Below, in pieces: positions 1 to 9,952 of a stretch of 64,000 nt of DNA (its first letter is position 1; the number at the start of each line of letters is the position of its first letter). The position numbers were made by a program, and so were the translations under genes. The stretch comes from Opitutales bacterium (lineage in GTDB: Bacteria > Verrucomicrobiota > Verrucomicrobiia > Opitutales > Oceanipulchritudinaceae): positions 1,198-65,197 of the forward strand of contig JAFIGE010000006.1 of assembly GCA_020831585.1 (NCBI GenBank). The letters run 5' to 3'. The notes below the pieces were generated by a model, which saw nothing but the letters and a program-made list of their open reading frames with translations, was not told the DNA's origin and searched no databases.

Positions 1-3000
1 CCGCTCACGAGGGCTTCGACTTCGAGGGGGATGGCGGCGGCGTTGTGGGGCTGGTCCAGTTCCCACCAGGCGAGGGTGGCTCCGTAGGTGGAGCCGCTGG
101 CGCTGTTGTTGAAGAGGATGTGGTCGCCGTCGGTGCCGCGTCCTTCGATGCGCAGGAAGACGTTGGGGGCGCTGCCCGGTTGCCATTGGGAAATGGCGTA
201 GCCGAAGTGGGGGCTCTCGGGCGGGTTATCGTAGGTCATGTTGGTGACCACAGCGGTGGTGTGCGAGCGGTAGCGGAAGGTCCCCTCGTTGCCGGCGATG
301 GAACCGGCGGGGGTGCTCGTGGCGGTGTTGCCGATGTTCATCCACCGGTCGTCGAGGATCTCCGTGGAGGGACCCCAGGAGACGCGGGTATCGGCACCGG
401 CGGCGGGACCGCCCGCTTCGGGGAGGAGGCGGAAGCTGCCGCCGAAGGCGCGCTCGACGAGGTCGACCTCATCCTGGGCAAAGGCCCCGACGCGGAGGCC
501 GCCGTAGACGGGGACATCGCTGTAATCGCCTGCCGGGGTGGTGAGGGGCGTGGTGAGGCTGAAGGGGAATTCAAGGAGGAGGTCGTCGCTCGTGCCATTG
601 CCGGAGAGGTCGACGGCACTGGTGACGGGATTGGCTCCGCCGCGGATGAGGCCGGGGTGGGCGGTGCGCCCCCAATCGACGACGAGGCGGCTGTCGGGGT
701 CCTCTTCTGTGACGGTCACATGGATGAGGGCCTCGGTGTGGTCGCCGTCGTCATCGGTGAGGCGCAGGCGGATAGTGTATTCGCCGGGATCGGGGAAGGT
801 GGTGGTGGCCAGCGGGCCGGTGGCGTCGAAGGTGCCGTTGTTGGTGAAGTCCCATTCGAAGGCGACGATCTCGCCGTCGGGGTCGGAGGAGCTGGAGGCA
901 TCGAGCTGGACGGCGTGGGGGGCTTGCCCGATGAGGCGGCTGGTGCCGACAACGGCCACCGGCGGCTGGTTCGGCGGGGGTTCGCCGGTGATGACGATTT
1001 CGCGGGTGGTCACGTCGCTGTCTCCCCGGTTGTCGGTTACGCGGAGGGCGGCCTGGTAGGTGCCGGGGAAGAGGTAGGTGAACTGGGCGGTGACGTCGCC
1101 CTCGAGCCATGAGCCGTCTCCGAGGAAATCCCATTCATAGGTTTCGATGAAGCCGTCGGGATCGGTCGAGGCAGAGGCATCGAAGGCTACCGTGACGGGC
1201 GCTTGCCCGGAGGCGGGCGTGAGGGCAAAGGCGGCTGTCGGGCGGAGGTTGGCTCCCTCGGCGGAGATGATCTGGATGCCGGACGCGCCGGGGTCGTTCA
1301 TCTGATCAAAGGTGATGACGAGGTTGGCGGCGGAAACATCGCGGAAGACGACATAGGCCGGGCCGTCGACGGCCTGACCGGCGCTCGTGGCGGTGGATTC
1401 TTCGAGGACGCCGTTCCAGCCGCCGGTGTCGTCGCGGATGAATTTGGAGATGCCGCCGACGGTGATGCGCTGGGTGCGCGGGGGGCTGCCGCGGGCTCCG
1501 CCGAAGTAGACGTAGACGTCGTAGAGGGCGTAAGGAACATCGGCGATGGTGTAGGTGGCGGAGCTGCCGTTGGCAAACCACTGGGTGCCGAGCATGCGGG
1601 CGAGGCCGTTGTCGACGGGTTGGGTGGCGTTGCGGAACTGGCGGGTGCCGGAGGCTTGCACGGAGACGGGCACGGTTTGGCCGAAGTTGTCCGTCAGTGT
1701 GCCAGCGGTAGCATTGCCCGTGAGGTTATTCCAATTCCGGGCGGGCCGGGCTCCGGCGTATTCGTAGGGCTGGAGGTGGTTGGGAATGAAGTTTGTCGTG
1801 AAGTTGAGGTTGATCGAGGGGACCTCGACCGGCGGGCGGGCGTCGACCATTTTGGAAACGGTGGTGCGGCCCCCGCGGTCATCCGTCACGGTGAGGGTGA
1901 CGGCGTAGAGGCCGGGGGTAAATTTGTGGCTCGTCAGGGGGCCGACGGAGGCGATGCCGTTGCCGAAGTCCCAGCGGAAGTCGATGGGATCGCCGTCGGG
2001 ATCGAAGGAGGCGGACGCATCGAAGAGGAAGAGGCCGCCGAGGTCCATGATCTCAAAGGTGGCCACGGGATCGTTGTTCGTAAGGGGGCCGACGGCGATG
2101 GTGTGGGCGGAGGAGGCGGCGAGATTGCCCAGGGTGTCGCGCACCTGGAGGCGGGCCGTGAAGGTGCCTTCGGCGAAGTAGCGGTGGGTCACGACCGGGT
2201 TGGCCGTGTGCAGGGTCTGCCCGTCGCCAAAGTCCCAGAAATAAACCAGCGGGTAGCCGTCGGGGCTGATCGCGGCGCGGGCGTCGAAGGTCACCGGCTG
2301 GCGGCGCTCGGCGGTGGCCGGGGCGGCGAAGGCGGCGATGGGGGCGCGGATCTCCGGTTGGGCGGCGGGATCGCCGAAAATTTGAATTTCATGGATTTCA
2401 ACAAACCAGCCCTGGGGCGATTGGGCTTGGGGGACGATGTCCCAGCGGTAGCCGGAGTAGGCGATGGTGTTGTTTACGGGGAAGGACTTTGTGTGGCGTG
2501 TGAGGCCGCCCCAATCGATGTTGTTGCGCACGTCGATGACCTCCCAAGTGACCCCGTCGAGGGTGCCGCTGAATACAACGTCCTTGGGGTCGCGGTCGTT
2601 CCAGGCGGGAGGATTGGTAAGGGTGTATTCATTGATCACGTAGGCGTGGCGTTTGCCGGCGTGTTCGAAGTGCAGCTCGACAAACCCCTCCTCGGCGTCG
2701 ACGAGCCAGCGCCCGTTGTTGGGGTCGCCCCGGAAGAGCATATCCGGGCCCGTTGTGGGGAGAAACTGGCCGCTTGCGGCGACCCGCTTGGCGTGGGTGC
2801 GGCTGTAGTCGAGCCGAGCGGGCGGGGCCACTACTCGGATGGTGCGCCCGACGGTGAAGAGGGCTCCGGAATCCGTTTGCACGGTAAGCGTGACGACGTG
2901 CGTGCCCGCTCCGAAACTGCGCGAGGCCGTGCGCCCGGCCCCGACCGCGCCGCCTCCGAAGTCCCAAAGGTAGTTCGTGATGGTGCCGCCGGGGACGGAG

Positions 3001-4322
3001 GATGGGCCTGCCTCGAAGTTGAGAAGGGCCGGTTGGCCGGGGGCCGGTTGATGGAAAGTCTGTGTGCCCCGTGGATCGGCGGGAACGAAGTTGACCGTCT
3101 CCGGCACAACTACCTGTGAAGGATCGCGGCCGACGAGAAAGTCGATCTCCGGAAGGCCGGGTGCCCAGAAGAGGTCTTCCGGCATGAAGGCGCGCAGGTC
3201 AAAACCCGGCCCGCCCCAGGCCATTTCGAGAAGGGGGAACCAGTCGGAAGCGTTCGAGTCACTCGCGTGGAAGGCGATTTCGAAAGCGTGGTAACCGGCG
3301 GCGAGACCGACGGTGGCCTGATGGGTGACAGGGCCGCTGAATTTCTTTCCGCGCCCGGTGTCGAGCACAGTGAGGCCGCCGAGGCGGAAGATGACGTTGT
3401 CCCGCACCCGCGCGCGGAAGGTGTGGGCACCGCTCTCCTCCACCTTGAGGTAGCCGGTGAAACGATAGGCGAAGCGCTCGCCCGGCCCGCCGCGGATGTC
3501 GACATTGGGGATGACGCCCTGGTTGAGGGGGCTGAGGGTGTTGATGTTGCCCATCGTGCGGCCCCAATCGGCCGCGTTGTAGACCTGGAAGACGACGCCC
3601 GGAAGGAGGGCCGGATCGGGCTCGGGCGAGAGGGGCAATTCGGGCGCGCGCCGACCCTGTGCGTCGAGCACGCTGAGGGGCTTCACCAGAACGGCGGAGC
3701 CACCCTGCGGGTCGGTCACGGTGAGGCGCACCTGCGTGTTGATGGCTGTGGTGTAGGTGTGGGTGGGCGTCGGGCCGGTGGCGGTGGCCCCGTCGCCGAA
3801 TTCCCATGCAAAGGATAGCGGCTGGCCCTCCGGATCGCTGCTCGCGGAGGCGTTGAAGCTGATCGCCAAGGGGGCGTTGCCGCTCTCCGGGGAGAAGGTG
3901 AAGGCGGGGACGGGCGGAAGGTTTTGGATTCGAAGCGTGCGCGTGGTCGAGCGGGTGTTGCCCTGCCCATCGTTCACCGTGAGGACGACCTCGAAGTCCC
4001 CGAAGGCGGTGTAAGTGTGGGAGGGCTGGACGCCGGTGGCGGTCTGGCCATCGCCGAAGTCCCAACTGTAGGTGAGCGGATCGCCCTCCGGATCGGTGCT
4101 CGCGGAGGCATCGAAGTTGACCGTGACCGGGGGCAGGCCGGCGGTGGAGCTGTGGGTGAATACGGGTGTGGGTGCCTGGTTGCCCACCTCGATGCGCTGG
4201 ACCGCGCCGCCCGTGCCGCCGTGGCCGTCGGTTACCGTAAGGGCGGCGAAATAGGTGCCCTGAACGGTGTAGGTGTGCGTCGTGGTAATGCCTGTCGCGG
4301 GCGGTGAACCGTCCCCGAAGTC
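1..4322 (-). CDS. Continuation of a giant secreted repeat protein (multiple PKD repeats, a PA14-like module, a discoidin/F5_F8-C-like module). Open to the left window edge and in frame with 4326..6539 across a TAG.
   Basis: I read every minus-strand codon in the frame whose first bases sit at coordinate mod 3 = 2 and found no stop between 4322 and 1 (1440 codons). The translation shows repeated PKD signatures: TYSWDFGDGQ, FAWEFGDGA, YFWDFGDGQ, FRWDFGNG, YEWDFLGDG, FEWDFTNNG, each preceded by FDASAS.DP(D/E)G. It is absent from the ORF track because it has no stop inside the window. Confidence 0.85.
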
Positions 4323-6539
4323 CTAGCTGAACTCAAGCGAATGGCCGTCGGCGTCGGTGCTCGCGGAGGCGTCGAAGGTGACCGTGAGGGGCTCGTCGCC
4401 CTTGTCCGGGGTGGCCGTGAAGGAGGCCAGAGGCGGGTTGTTGCGTGCGTTGAAATAGTGCCGCGCGGTCGTCGTGCCTCCGATGCCGTCATCGATGGTG
4501 AGGGTGACCGGCCAGACACCGCCGGTGGTAAAGGTGTGTGTGGGGTTGGCATCGGTGGAGGTGTGGCCATCGCCGAAATCCCAGTGGTGACCCGTGGCCC
4601 CGGGTGTGGGGGTGAAGTCGACGGCAAGAGGCACGGTGCCCGAGCGGGGATTCATTGTGAAGCCAGCCACGGTGTCGGCGGCGGGCTCGATCTCCATGCG
4701 CCCGGCAGCTTCATTCCAAAGGATGCGGCGCTCCCCGAGGATCAGCTCGGCGGCGAGTCCCTGGCCGGTGATGCGGGCTTCCGGGGCGGCCCCTTTGCCC
4801 ATGGCCATAACGACCCAGATGTCGGCGTCGTTGCCCTCGAAAGTGTAGGCGAGGGGATTGCCGTCGGAGAGGGTGCCGCCTGCCGGGTGCAGGACCCAGC
4901 CCTTGAGGTAGCCGTCGTCCTCACCGCGCAGGGTGAATGTGGGCACGCCGTTTTCCTCGCCTGTGAAGAGGGGCAGGGCCTGCTCGTTCAACTGCCATGC
5001 GTAGGTGCGCAACTGCACGGAAGAGAGTTCGTCGAAGGTCGCCACGATGGCTATGTTGTCGTCGTCCGGATAGGAAACCATGAGGTGACGGCGGCTCGCG
5101 CTCAGGCCGAGGGCACTGAACTTGTTACCCCCGCCGGCGATGGCGTAGCCGCCCGCATCGTCGACTTCAAAAAACTCCGCCCGCCCGGTGTTCGACTGCG
5201 AGGCGCGGGCTTGGCCGTCGACCGTGACCTGCGAGAAGAAGCGCGCATCGCGTGAGGTGCCGGGGCCGCCCGCAAACTTGCTCCCGAAGCCCATGATGTT
5301 GACCTGGAGGGCGTCGGCTTCGTTCCAGGCGTTGCCGTGTGTGACGGTGTCGGTGGCAAGCGAGACGATGAGGTCGTTGGCGTCGTTCCACGAGCTGCGG
5401 AACCAGTAGCCCCCGCGGTTATCGTGCAGGCCAAGGGGCAGCAGGGTGGCCGGGTCGACGGGGTCAACCGCTTCCGGATAAAACATCATGGCGAAGACGG
5501 TTCCGGCCGAGTTGGGATCAAATCGGGCTGCTGGCGCGGCGGGGTTGAGGAGCCCGCGGTGGCGGTCAAAGAACCAGCGGTAGGCCCCCACATACGGCTC
5601 CGGCACAATGGCCATGAGCGCGGAGGTCCAGCCCTCGTTGCCGAAGGTCGCTCCGCCCACACCCCACTCGGTGGACTGCTGCCGCGCGTCAAACATGCCC
5701 GCATACATGGGCAGCAGGTGCATGTTCTTTTCCGCCGTGCGCGCGTCCAGACGCGTGTCTCCGACGCGGCGAAGGGCATGGATGGCGGGCACGAGGTAAA
5801 GCTGCGCGTAGGCCATGTAATAGTTGCCCTCCTGCGTCCAACCGGCGTTGCCGTAGTGGGTCATGTGCGTGTTCAGACGGCTGATAATGGTCGAGAGGTG
5901 GCCCGCCCGTGCGCCCTGCTCGCCGATGGCGATCATTTGCAGAATCTGTGAGCCGTAGACAACGGCGTTCCAATTCGAGGCGTAGGGATTCTGATCGTTG
6001 TCGAAACGCGAACCGGCCCCTTCCCAATAATTCAGGGAAGACTGGATTTTGCCGCGAACAAAAGTGCGCTGACTCTCCGTCCATCCATTGTAGGCGAGAT
6101 CGTAGGCCATGGCGAAACTCCTGCCCACGCCTGCCCGCTCCAGACCCTTGCCGCCAACGCCGTCGGGGAGCACGTTACCGCTCAATGGGTCCGTGTACAT
6201 GGCTTCGAGGGCCGCGTAAGCGATGTCGGCGTAGACCGGATTCTCCGTGACCGCGTAGACCATGGCGGCGCGCACGGCGAGGTGGCCGCGGGCGTAGTTG
6301 CGCGAGGGCAAGCCGCGCCCGCCCCCGTCGATGACATCGAGTTGGTTGGCGTCCACATCAGCCTGGATGAGCGCCAGCATCTCCGCATGGCTGCTCCCCG
6401 GCACGGCAGAGGCCAGCCGGATTTCATCCAGGCGCTCAGGCGAAATGAGCAGATGGGGAAAGGTCTGGCCCGCAAGCGAAGCGGCAAAGAGGGTGTAGCA
6501 GAAAAGGACGTAAACCAGGGGTCGCAGAAGATGCTTCAT
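4323..6539 (-). CDS. N-terminal part of the same giant exoprotein: signal peptide, heparinase II/III-like (alpha/alpha-toroid polysaccharide-lyase-like) region, then the first PKD repeats. Ends at an in-frame TAG (4323-4325).
   Basis: The likely start is ATG at 6539 (MKHLLRPLVYVLFCYTLFAASLAGQ, signal-peptide-like) rather than the track start at 6944. Large NW..W-rich lyase-like domain, then HHWDFGDGH and TVTFDASASTDADGHSLEFS-stop. Confidence 0.75.
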   Translation of the reverse strand: MKHLLRPLVYVLFCYTLFAASLAGQTFPHLLISPERLDEIRLASAVPGSSHAEMLALIQADVDANQLDVIDGGGRGLPSRNYARGHLAVRAAMVYAVTENPVYADIAYAALEAMYTDPLSGNVLPDGVGGKGLERAGVGRSFAMAYDLAYNGWTESQRTFVRGKIQSSLNYWEGAGSRFDNDQNPYASNWNAVVYGSQILQMIAIGEQGARAGHLSTIISRLNTHMTHYGNAGWTQEGNYYMAYAQLYLVPAIHALRRVGDTRLDARTAEKNMHLLPMYAGMFDARQQSTEWGVGGATFGNEGWTSALMAIVPEPYVGAYRWFFDRHRGLLNPAAPAARFDPNSAGTVFAMMFYPEAVDPVDPATLLPLGLHDNRGGYWFRSSWNDANDLIVSLATDTVTHGNAWNEADALQVNIMGFGSKFAGGPGTSRDARFFSQVTVDGQARASQSNTGRAEFFEVDDAGGYAIAGGGNKFSALGLSASRRHLMVSYPDDDNIAIVATFDELSSVQLRTYAWQLNEQALPLFTGEENGVPTFTLRGEDDGYLKGWVLHPAGGTLSDGNPLAYTFEGNDADIWVVMAMGKGAAPEARITGQGLAAELILGERRILWNEAAGRMEIEPAADTVAGFTMNPRSGTVPLAVDFTPTPGATGHHWDFGDGHTSTDANPTHTFTTGGVWPVTLTIDDGIGGTTTARHYFNARNNPPLASFTATPDKGDEPLTVTFDASASTDADGHSLEFS

Positions 6540-6890
6540 GGCAAAGACGGGTGGGGGTGAGGGCTCAAATTCGCACGCACAGCTAAAGCTTCCGTGCCGT
6601 GGATTTTTGCCGATGGAGTATAGGGGGATTACTCCCAAGCTTTCCGAAGACAAAGGCTGCGTCCAGAAAAATCCGAACGCGGGAATCTTTGAGGTGTGCC
6701 CTCTCGACGATTGCCATTGCCTGGTGGGCATCCCCTCCGGGTGGATGATGTTGGATGATATGGCAACGAAGCTATGGCGAATGGGTTGGATTTTTCGCCC
6801 TGTGGGGTGCGGTCCCGCTGCCACCGATCTTCGTAGACCCCTTGGAGAGAGCCTTGACGCGCTTAGGCAGCCCTGCGAGAAAAGGTAAAG

Positions 6891-8330
6891 ATGATCTGCC
6901 CGAGTTCCGAATCTGCCGCCGTTCCGGGCGTTTACGCAAACCATTGGAATCTCATCCGCGAGGGATACCGCTCCATCAGGCCATTGGGTCTATTTAGCCG
7001 GGCCTATCGAAAAATCCTCGGGCGCTACCTTCGCTTTTACATTCCCGAGGGCCACCGCGTGCTGGAAGTGGGCTGCGGTGACGGAAGCCTTTGCCAAGAG
7101 TTGCCGGGGCGTCCGTATACCGGCTTGGATCTCAGCCCGGAACAAGTGGACGCGGCTCGTCGGGCGAATCCCGAGAACACATTTCACTGTGGGGCGGGCG
7201 AAGTTTTTTCGTTTGATGATACCTATGATACGCTTCTCCTCAGCGATGTTCTCAACGAGGCTGCCGATGTCCAAGCCCTTTTGGCCAATTTGCGGAATGC
7301 CGCCACCGCCGAGACCCGCCTGGTCATCAATGTGCACAACACGCTCTGGCGGCCAATTCTCGGCACCGCCCGGCGTCTGGGGCTGAAACCGGTGCGACCC
7401 TTGCAGAACTGGCTTTCCAGTGAAGACATCCTCAATCTCCTCGATTTGGGCGGCTGGGAGCTGGTTCGGCACGAGTGCCGTGTCCTTTGCCCGCACCCCC
7501 TGCTCGGCTTGGGGACCTTGGCCAATCGGTTGCTTGCCCCCCTCTTTCCCTGGGCCTGCCTCAGCCTGTTTTTTATCGCCCGTCCAAAGCCGGTGGAGCG
7601 CCGTGCGGAGGATTTTTCTGTCTCGATTATCATTCCGGCCCGCAATGAAGCCGGAAATATCGAAGCTGCCGTGCGCCGCACGCCCCAGCTGGGCAAATCC
7701 ACCGAGATTATTTTTGTCGAGGGCCATTCATCGGATGAGACCTGGGCGACGATCCAGCGCGTTATCGCGGAAAATCCGGACCGCCCTATCCGCGCCTTTC
7801 AGCAGTCGGGCAAAGGCAAGGGCGATGCCATGCGCCTCGGCTACGAAAAAGCCAAGGGCGACATCCTCATGATTCTCGACGCCGACCTCACCGTTCCCCC
7901 CGAAGATCTCCCGAAATTTTTCGAAGCCATTGCCAGCGGCCAGGCTGAGTTCGCCAACGGCGTTCGTCTTGTTTACCCCATGGAAGTTGCCGCAATGCGC
8001 TTTCTCAATATGTGCGGAAACAAATTCTTCAGCCTCCTCTTCTCCTGGCTCCTCAGCCTCCCCATCAAAGACACCCTCTGCGGCACCAAAGTTTTCCGTC
8101 GCCACCACTATGATCTCATTGAGGCCAACCGCGCCTTTTTCGGCGACTTCGATCCCTTTGGCGATTTTGACCTGATTTTCGGTGCGGCCAAGCTCAACCT
8201 CCGCATTCGCGACATCCCCATCCGCTACCAGAGCCGCGTCTATGGCGAACCCCAAATCGATCGCTGGCGCGACGGCTGGCTCCTCATCCGCATGAGCTGG
8301 TTTGCCGCACGCAAGCTGAAGTTTTTCTAG
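6891..8330 (+). CDS. Bifunctional class I SAM-dependent methyltransferase / family 2 glycosyltransferase
   Basis: N-terminal VLEVGCGDGSL SAM-binding motif. C-terminal half has GT2 hallmarks (SIIIPARNE..., ILMILDADL, DTLCGTKVF). Confidence 0.8.
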   Translation: MICPSSESAAVPGVYANHWNLIREGYRSIRPLGLFSRAYRKILGRYLRFYIPEGHRVLEVGCGDGSLCQELPGRPYTGLDLSPEQVDAARRANPENTFHCGAGEVFSFDDTYDTLLLSDVLNEAADVQALLANLRNAATAETRLVINVHNTLWRPILGTARRLGLKPVRPLQNWLSSEDILNLLDLGGWELVRHECRVLCPHPLLGLGTLANRLLAPLFPWACLSLFFIARPKPVERRAEDFSVSIIIPARNEAGNIEAAVRRTPQLGKSTEIIFVEGHSSDETWATIQRVIAENPDRPIRAFQQSGKGKGDAMRLGYEKAKGDILMILDADLTVPPEDLPKFFEAIASGQAEFANGVRLVYPMEVAAMRFLNMCGNKFFSLLFSWLLSLPIKDTLCGTKVFRRHHYDLIEANRAFFGDFDPFGDFDLIFGAAKLNLRIRDIPIRYQSRVYGEPQIDRWRDGWLLIRMSWFAARKLKFF

Positions 8331-8377
8331 GGATATTAGGGGGATGCCCTCAGCTTCAAAAGGAAGAGACGGTCAGA

Positions 8378-9952
8378 TTGAAAGTTAGTGCTGCCAAACT
8401 TAGCTTCCCGGTATCCCGAAGGGGGAATCAGATTCAATTCGGCATCGCGCTTTCGGCCTTTGGAATTTGGTTTTTTGTTTATCACTTTTTCTGGGCTCAG
8501 CCCTTTTACAGCTACTTTTCCGACCCGGAGCTGCCCTATTTTCTTAACAGTGTCCAGCTGTACCTTTCCGGAACAGTTCAAATGCACGAACATCCGGGGA
8601 CCCTTCTGCAGATGTTGGGCGGCTTGATCGCTGCGGTCTTGCAGATCAATGCGACCAACCTTTTTTCAATTGAGAAAATCGATGCGTTTCGGGGTGCATG
8701 GAGATTGGTTTCCTTTGCATCCATCGTTTCTCTGATCTTTATTTTGTGCAAATTTAATGAGCGAAGCAAATCGTTGTGGCTGCTCCCGGTGGCGTTGCTG
8801 ATCTTTGTTTCAGACTATAACACGCTGGCTTATCTGGGAACGTTTACACCAGAAGGTGCTTTTTTCACGATATACCTTCCGGTCGTGCTTTTGTTTTTGT
8901 TACGTGTTGGACAGACGGAGTCCATGACCTGGCGCGAGTGCCTTCTGTGGGCGATGGCTCTGGGCGCTGTAACAACAATCAAAGTGACCTTGGTTCCGAT
9001 CTCCCTCTTTGCCTGGAGCGTGATACTTGCCAGGTCGCTTGATTCACCAAAGTTCCTGTCGAGGAGAACCGTGGTCGTTTCGGCGATTCTCTCATTCGTA
9101 TTTGCCGCCGTCCTCTCCGTCATCTTTTCTGAAAACAGAGAAGGCCAATTACGTTGGTTTTTCCAACTGTTGACCGAGAGTGGGCGTTACGGAAGAGCAA
9201 CAGAGGGAGGAGGCGCGTTTCTTCCCTTTGGTGATATTATTCAGCATTTGATAGCTGGTTTATCCCTTCAAAGTTTCACTTTGCTGATACCGTTTTTTGT
9301 TTTGTTTTCGATGGCGGTTTGGGATCTGTTTTCAGGGGGCAAGACAAGATCTGAAAAGATACATGCATTCGCTTTTATAGCGATGCTTTTGATGAGTCTG
9401 TTGCTCTTCATTAAACACCCGTATCAGATCAAATATCTTCTTACCAACTCTGTGCTTTTTTTATCTTTTTGGTGCGTTCGGGAAAGCTATTGTGAAGACA
9501 GAAGCAAACGAGGGTATCCCCTGATCGTTTTGCTGCTTTGTGGCGTTGTTCTGAATGCACTCTCAACTCATTGGCTACTGCACGCCTATACGAAAAGCAT
9601 CTCTACGGAAAGCAGGGAGCTCATCGATGGATTTGTGGAGACGATTCAACCCCATAGAATTTACTTTGGAAGCGATATTTCTCATCCAAAGTCGGCAAAG
9701 CGTTTTGGCGTCAATTGGGCCTTGTTTTTCTCGGACGAATTCTCTGAACAGGTGGGGGATATCCGGCTTTTTTCAGAGCGATCCTTCAATCTGCGAGACG
9801 CCCGAAGTCGACACCGAATTGCTCTAGAGAGCATTTCCGATTCCTCCCTGATTGTTGCTACGAATCTTTATTCTGATCCCCGACTCGAAATTCTCTTCGG
9901 AGATGAGGAGGTGGGAATTTTTATTTACATCCCCCGGAGGAAGCTTGAATGA
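8378..9952 (+). CDS. Polytopic membrane protein, possibly an ArnT/PMT/GtrC-like lipid-carrier-dependent glycosyltransferase. Clearly AT-richer than its neighbours.
   Basis: 524-codon ORF with many hydrophobic segments and a TTG start (start uncertain). Its stop overlaps the next start (ATGA at 9949-9952). The function is inferred from context only. Confidence 0.55.
   Translation: MKVSAAKLSFPVSRRGNQIQFGIALSAFGIWFFVYHFFWAQPFYSYFSDPELPYFLNSVQLYLSGTVQMHEHPGTLLQMLGGLIAAVLQINATNLFSIEKIDAFRGAWRLVSFASIVSLIFILCKFNERSKSLWLLPVALLIFVSDYNTLAYLGTFTPEGAFFTIYLPVVLLFLLRVGQTESMTWRECLLWAMALGAVTTIKVTLVPISLFAWSVILARSLDSPKFLSRRTVVVSAILSFVFAAVLSVIFSENREGQLRWFFQLLTESGRYGRATEGGGAFLPFGDIIQHLIAGLSLQSFTLLIPFFVLFSMAVWDLFSGGKTRSEKIHAFAFIAMLLMSLLLFIKHPYQIKYLLTNSVLFLSFWCVRESYCEDRSKRGYPLIVLLLCGVVLNALSTHWLLHAYTKSISTESRELIDGFVETIQPHRIYFGSDISHPKSAKRFGVNWALFFSDEFSEQVGDIRLFSERSFNLRDARSRHRIALESISDSSLIVATNLYSDPRLEILFGDEEVGIFIYIPRRKLE

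Noticed and set aside
45-3119. Track ORFs 45..1112(+) and 1203..3119(+) (355 and 638 aa), plus other ORFs in both orientations over 1-4300
   Set aside because: Their translations are G/A/V/D/E/R-biased low complexity with no motifs. The opposite strand carries an uninterrupted frame full of PKD signatures, so these are antisense or off-frame shadows of a high-GC gene.
6540-6944. N-terminal extension of the heparinase-like ORF to 6944, and likewise carA to 28874, acs to 43028 and PL8 to 47095
   Set aside because: The extensions lack coding-like composition. Internal ATGs give a signal peptide or canonical N-termini (MKHLL..., MDEEQ..., MTMENIE..., MFSSRPL...).
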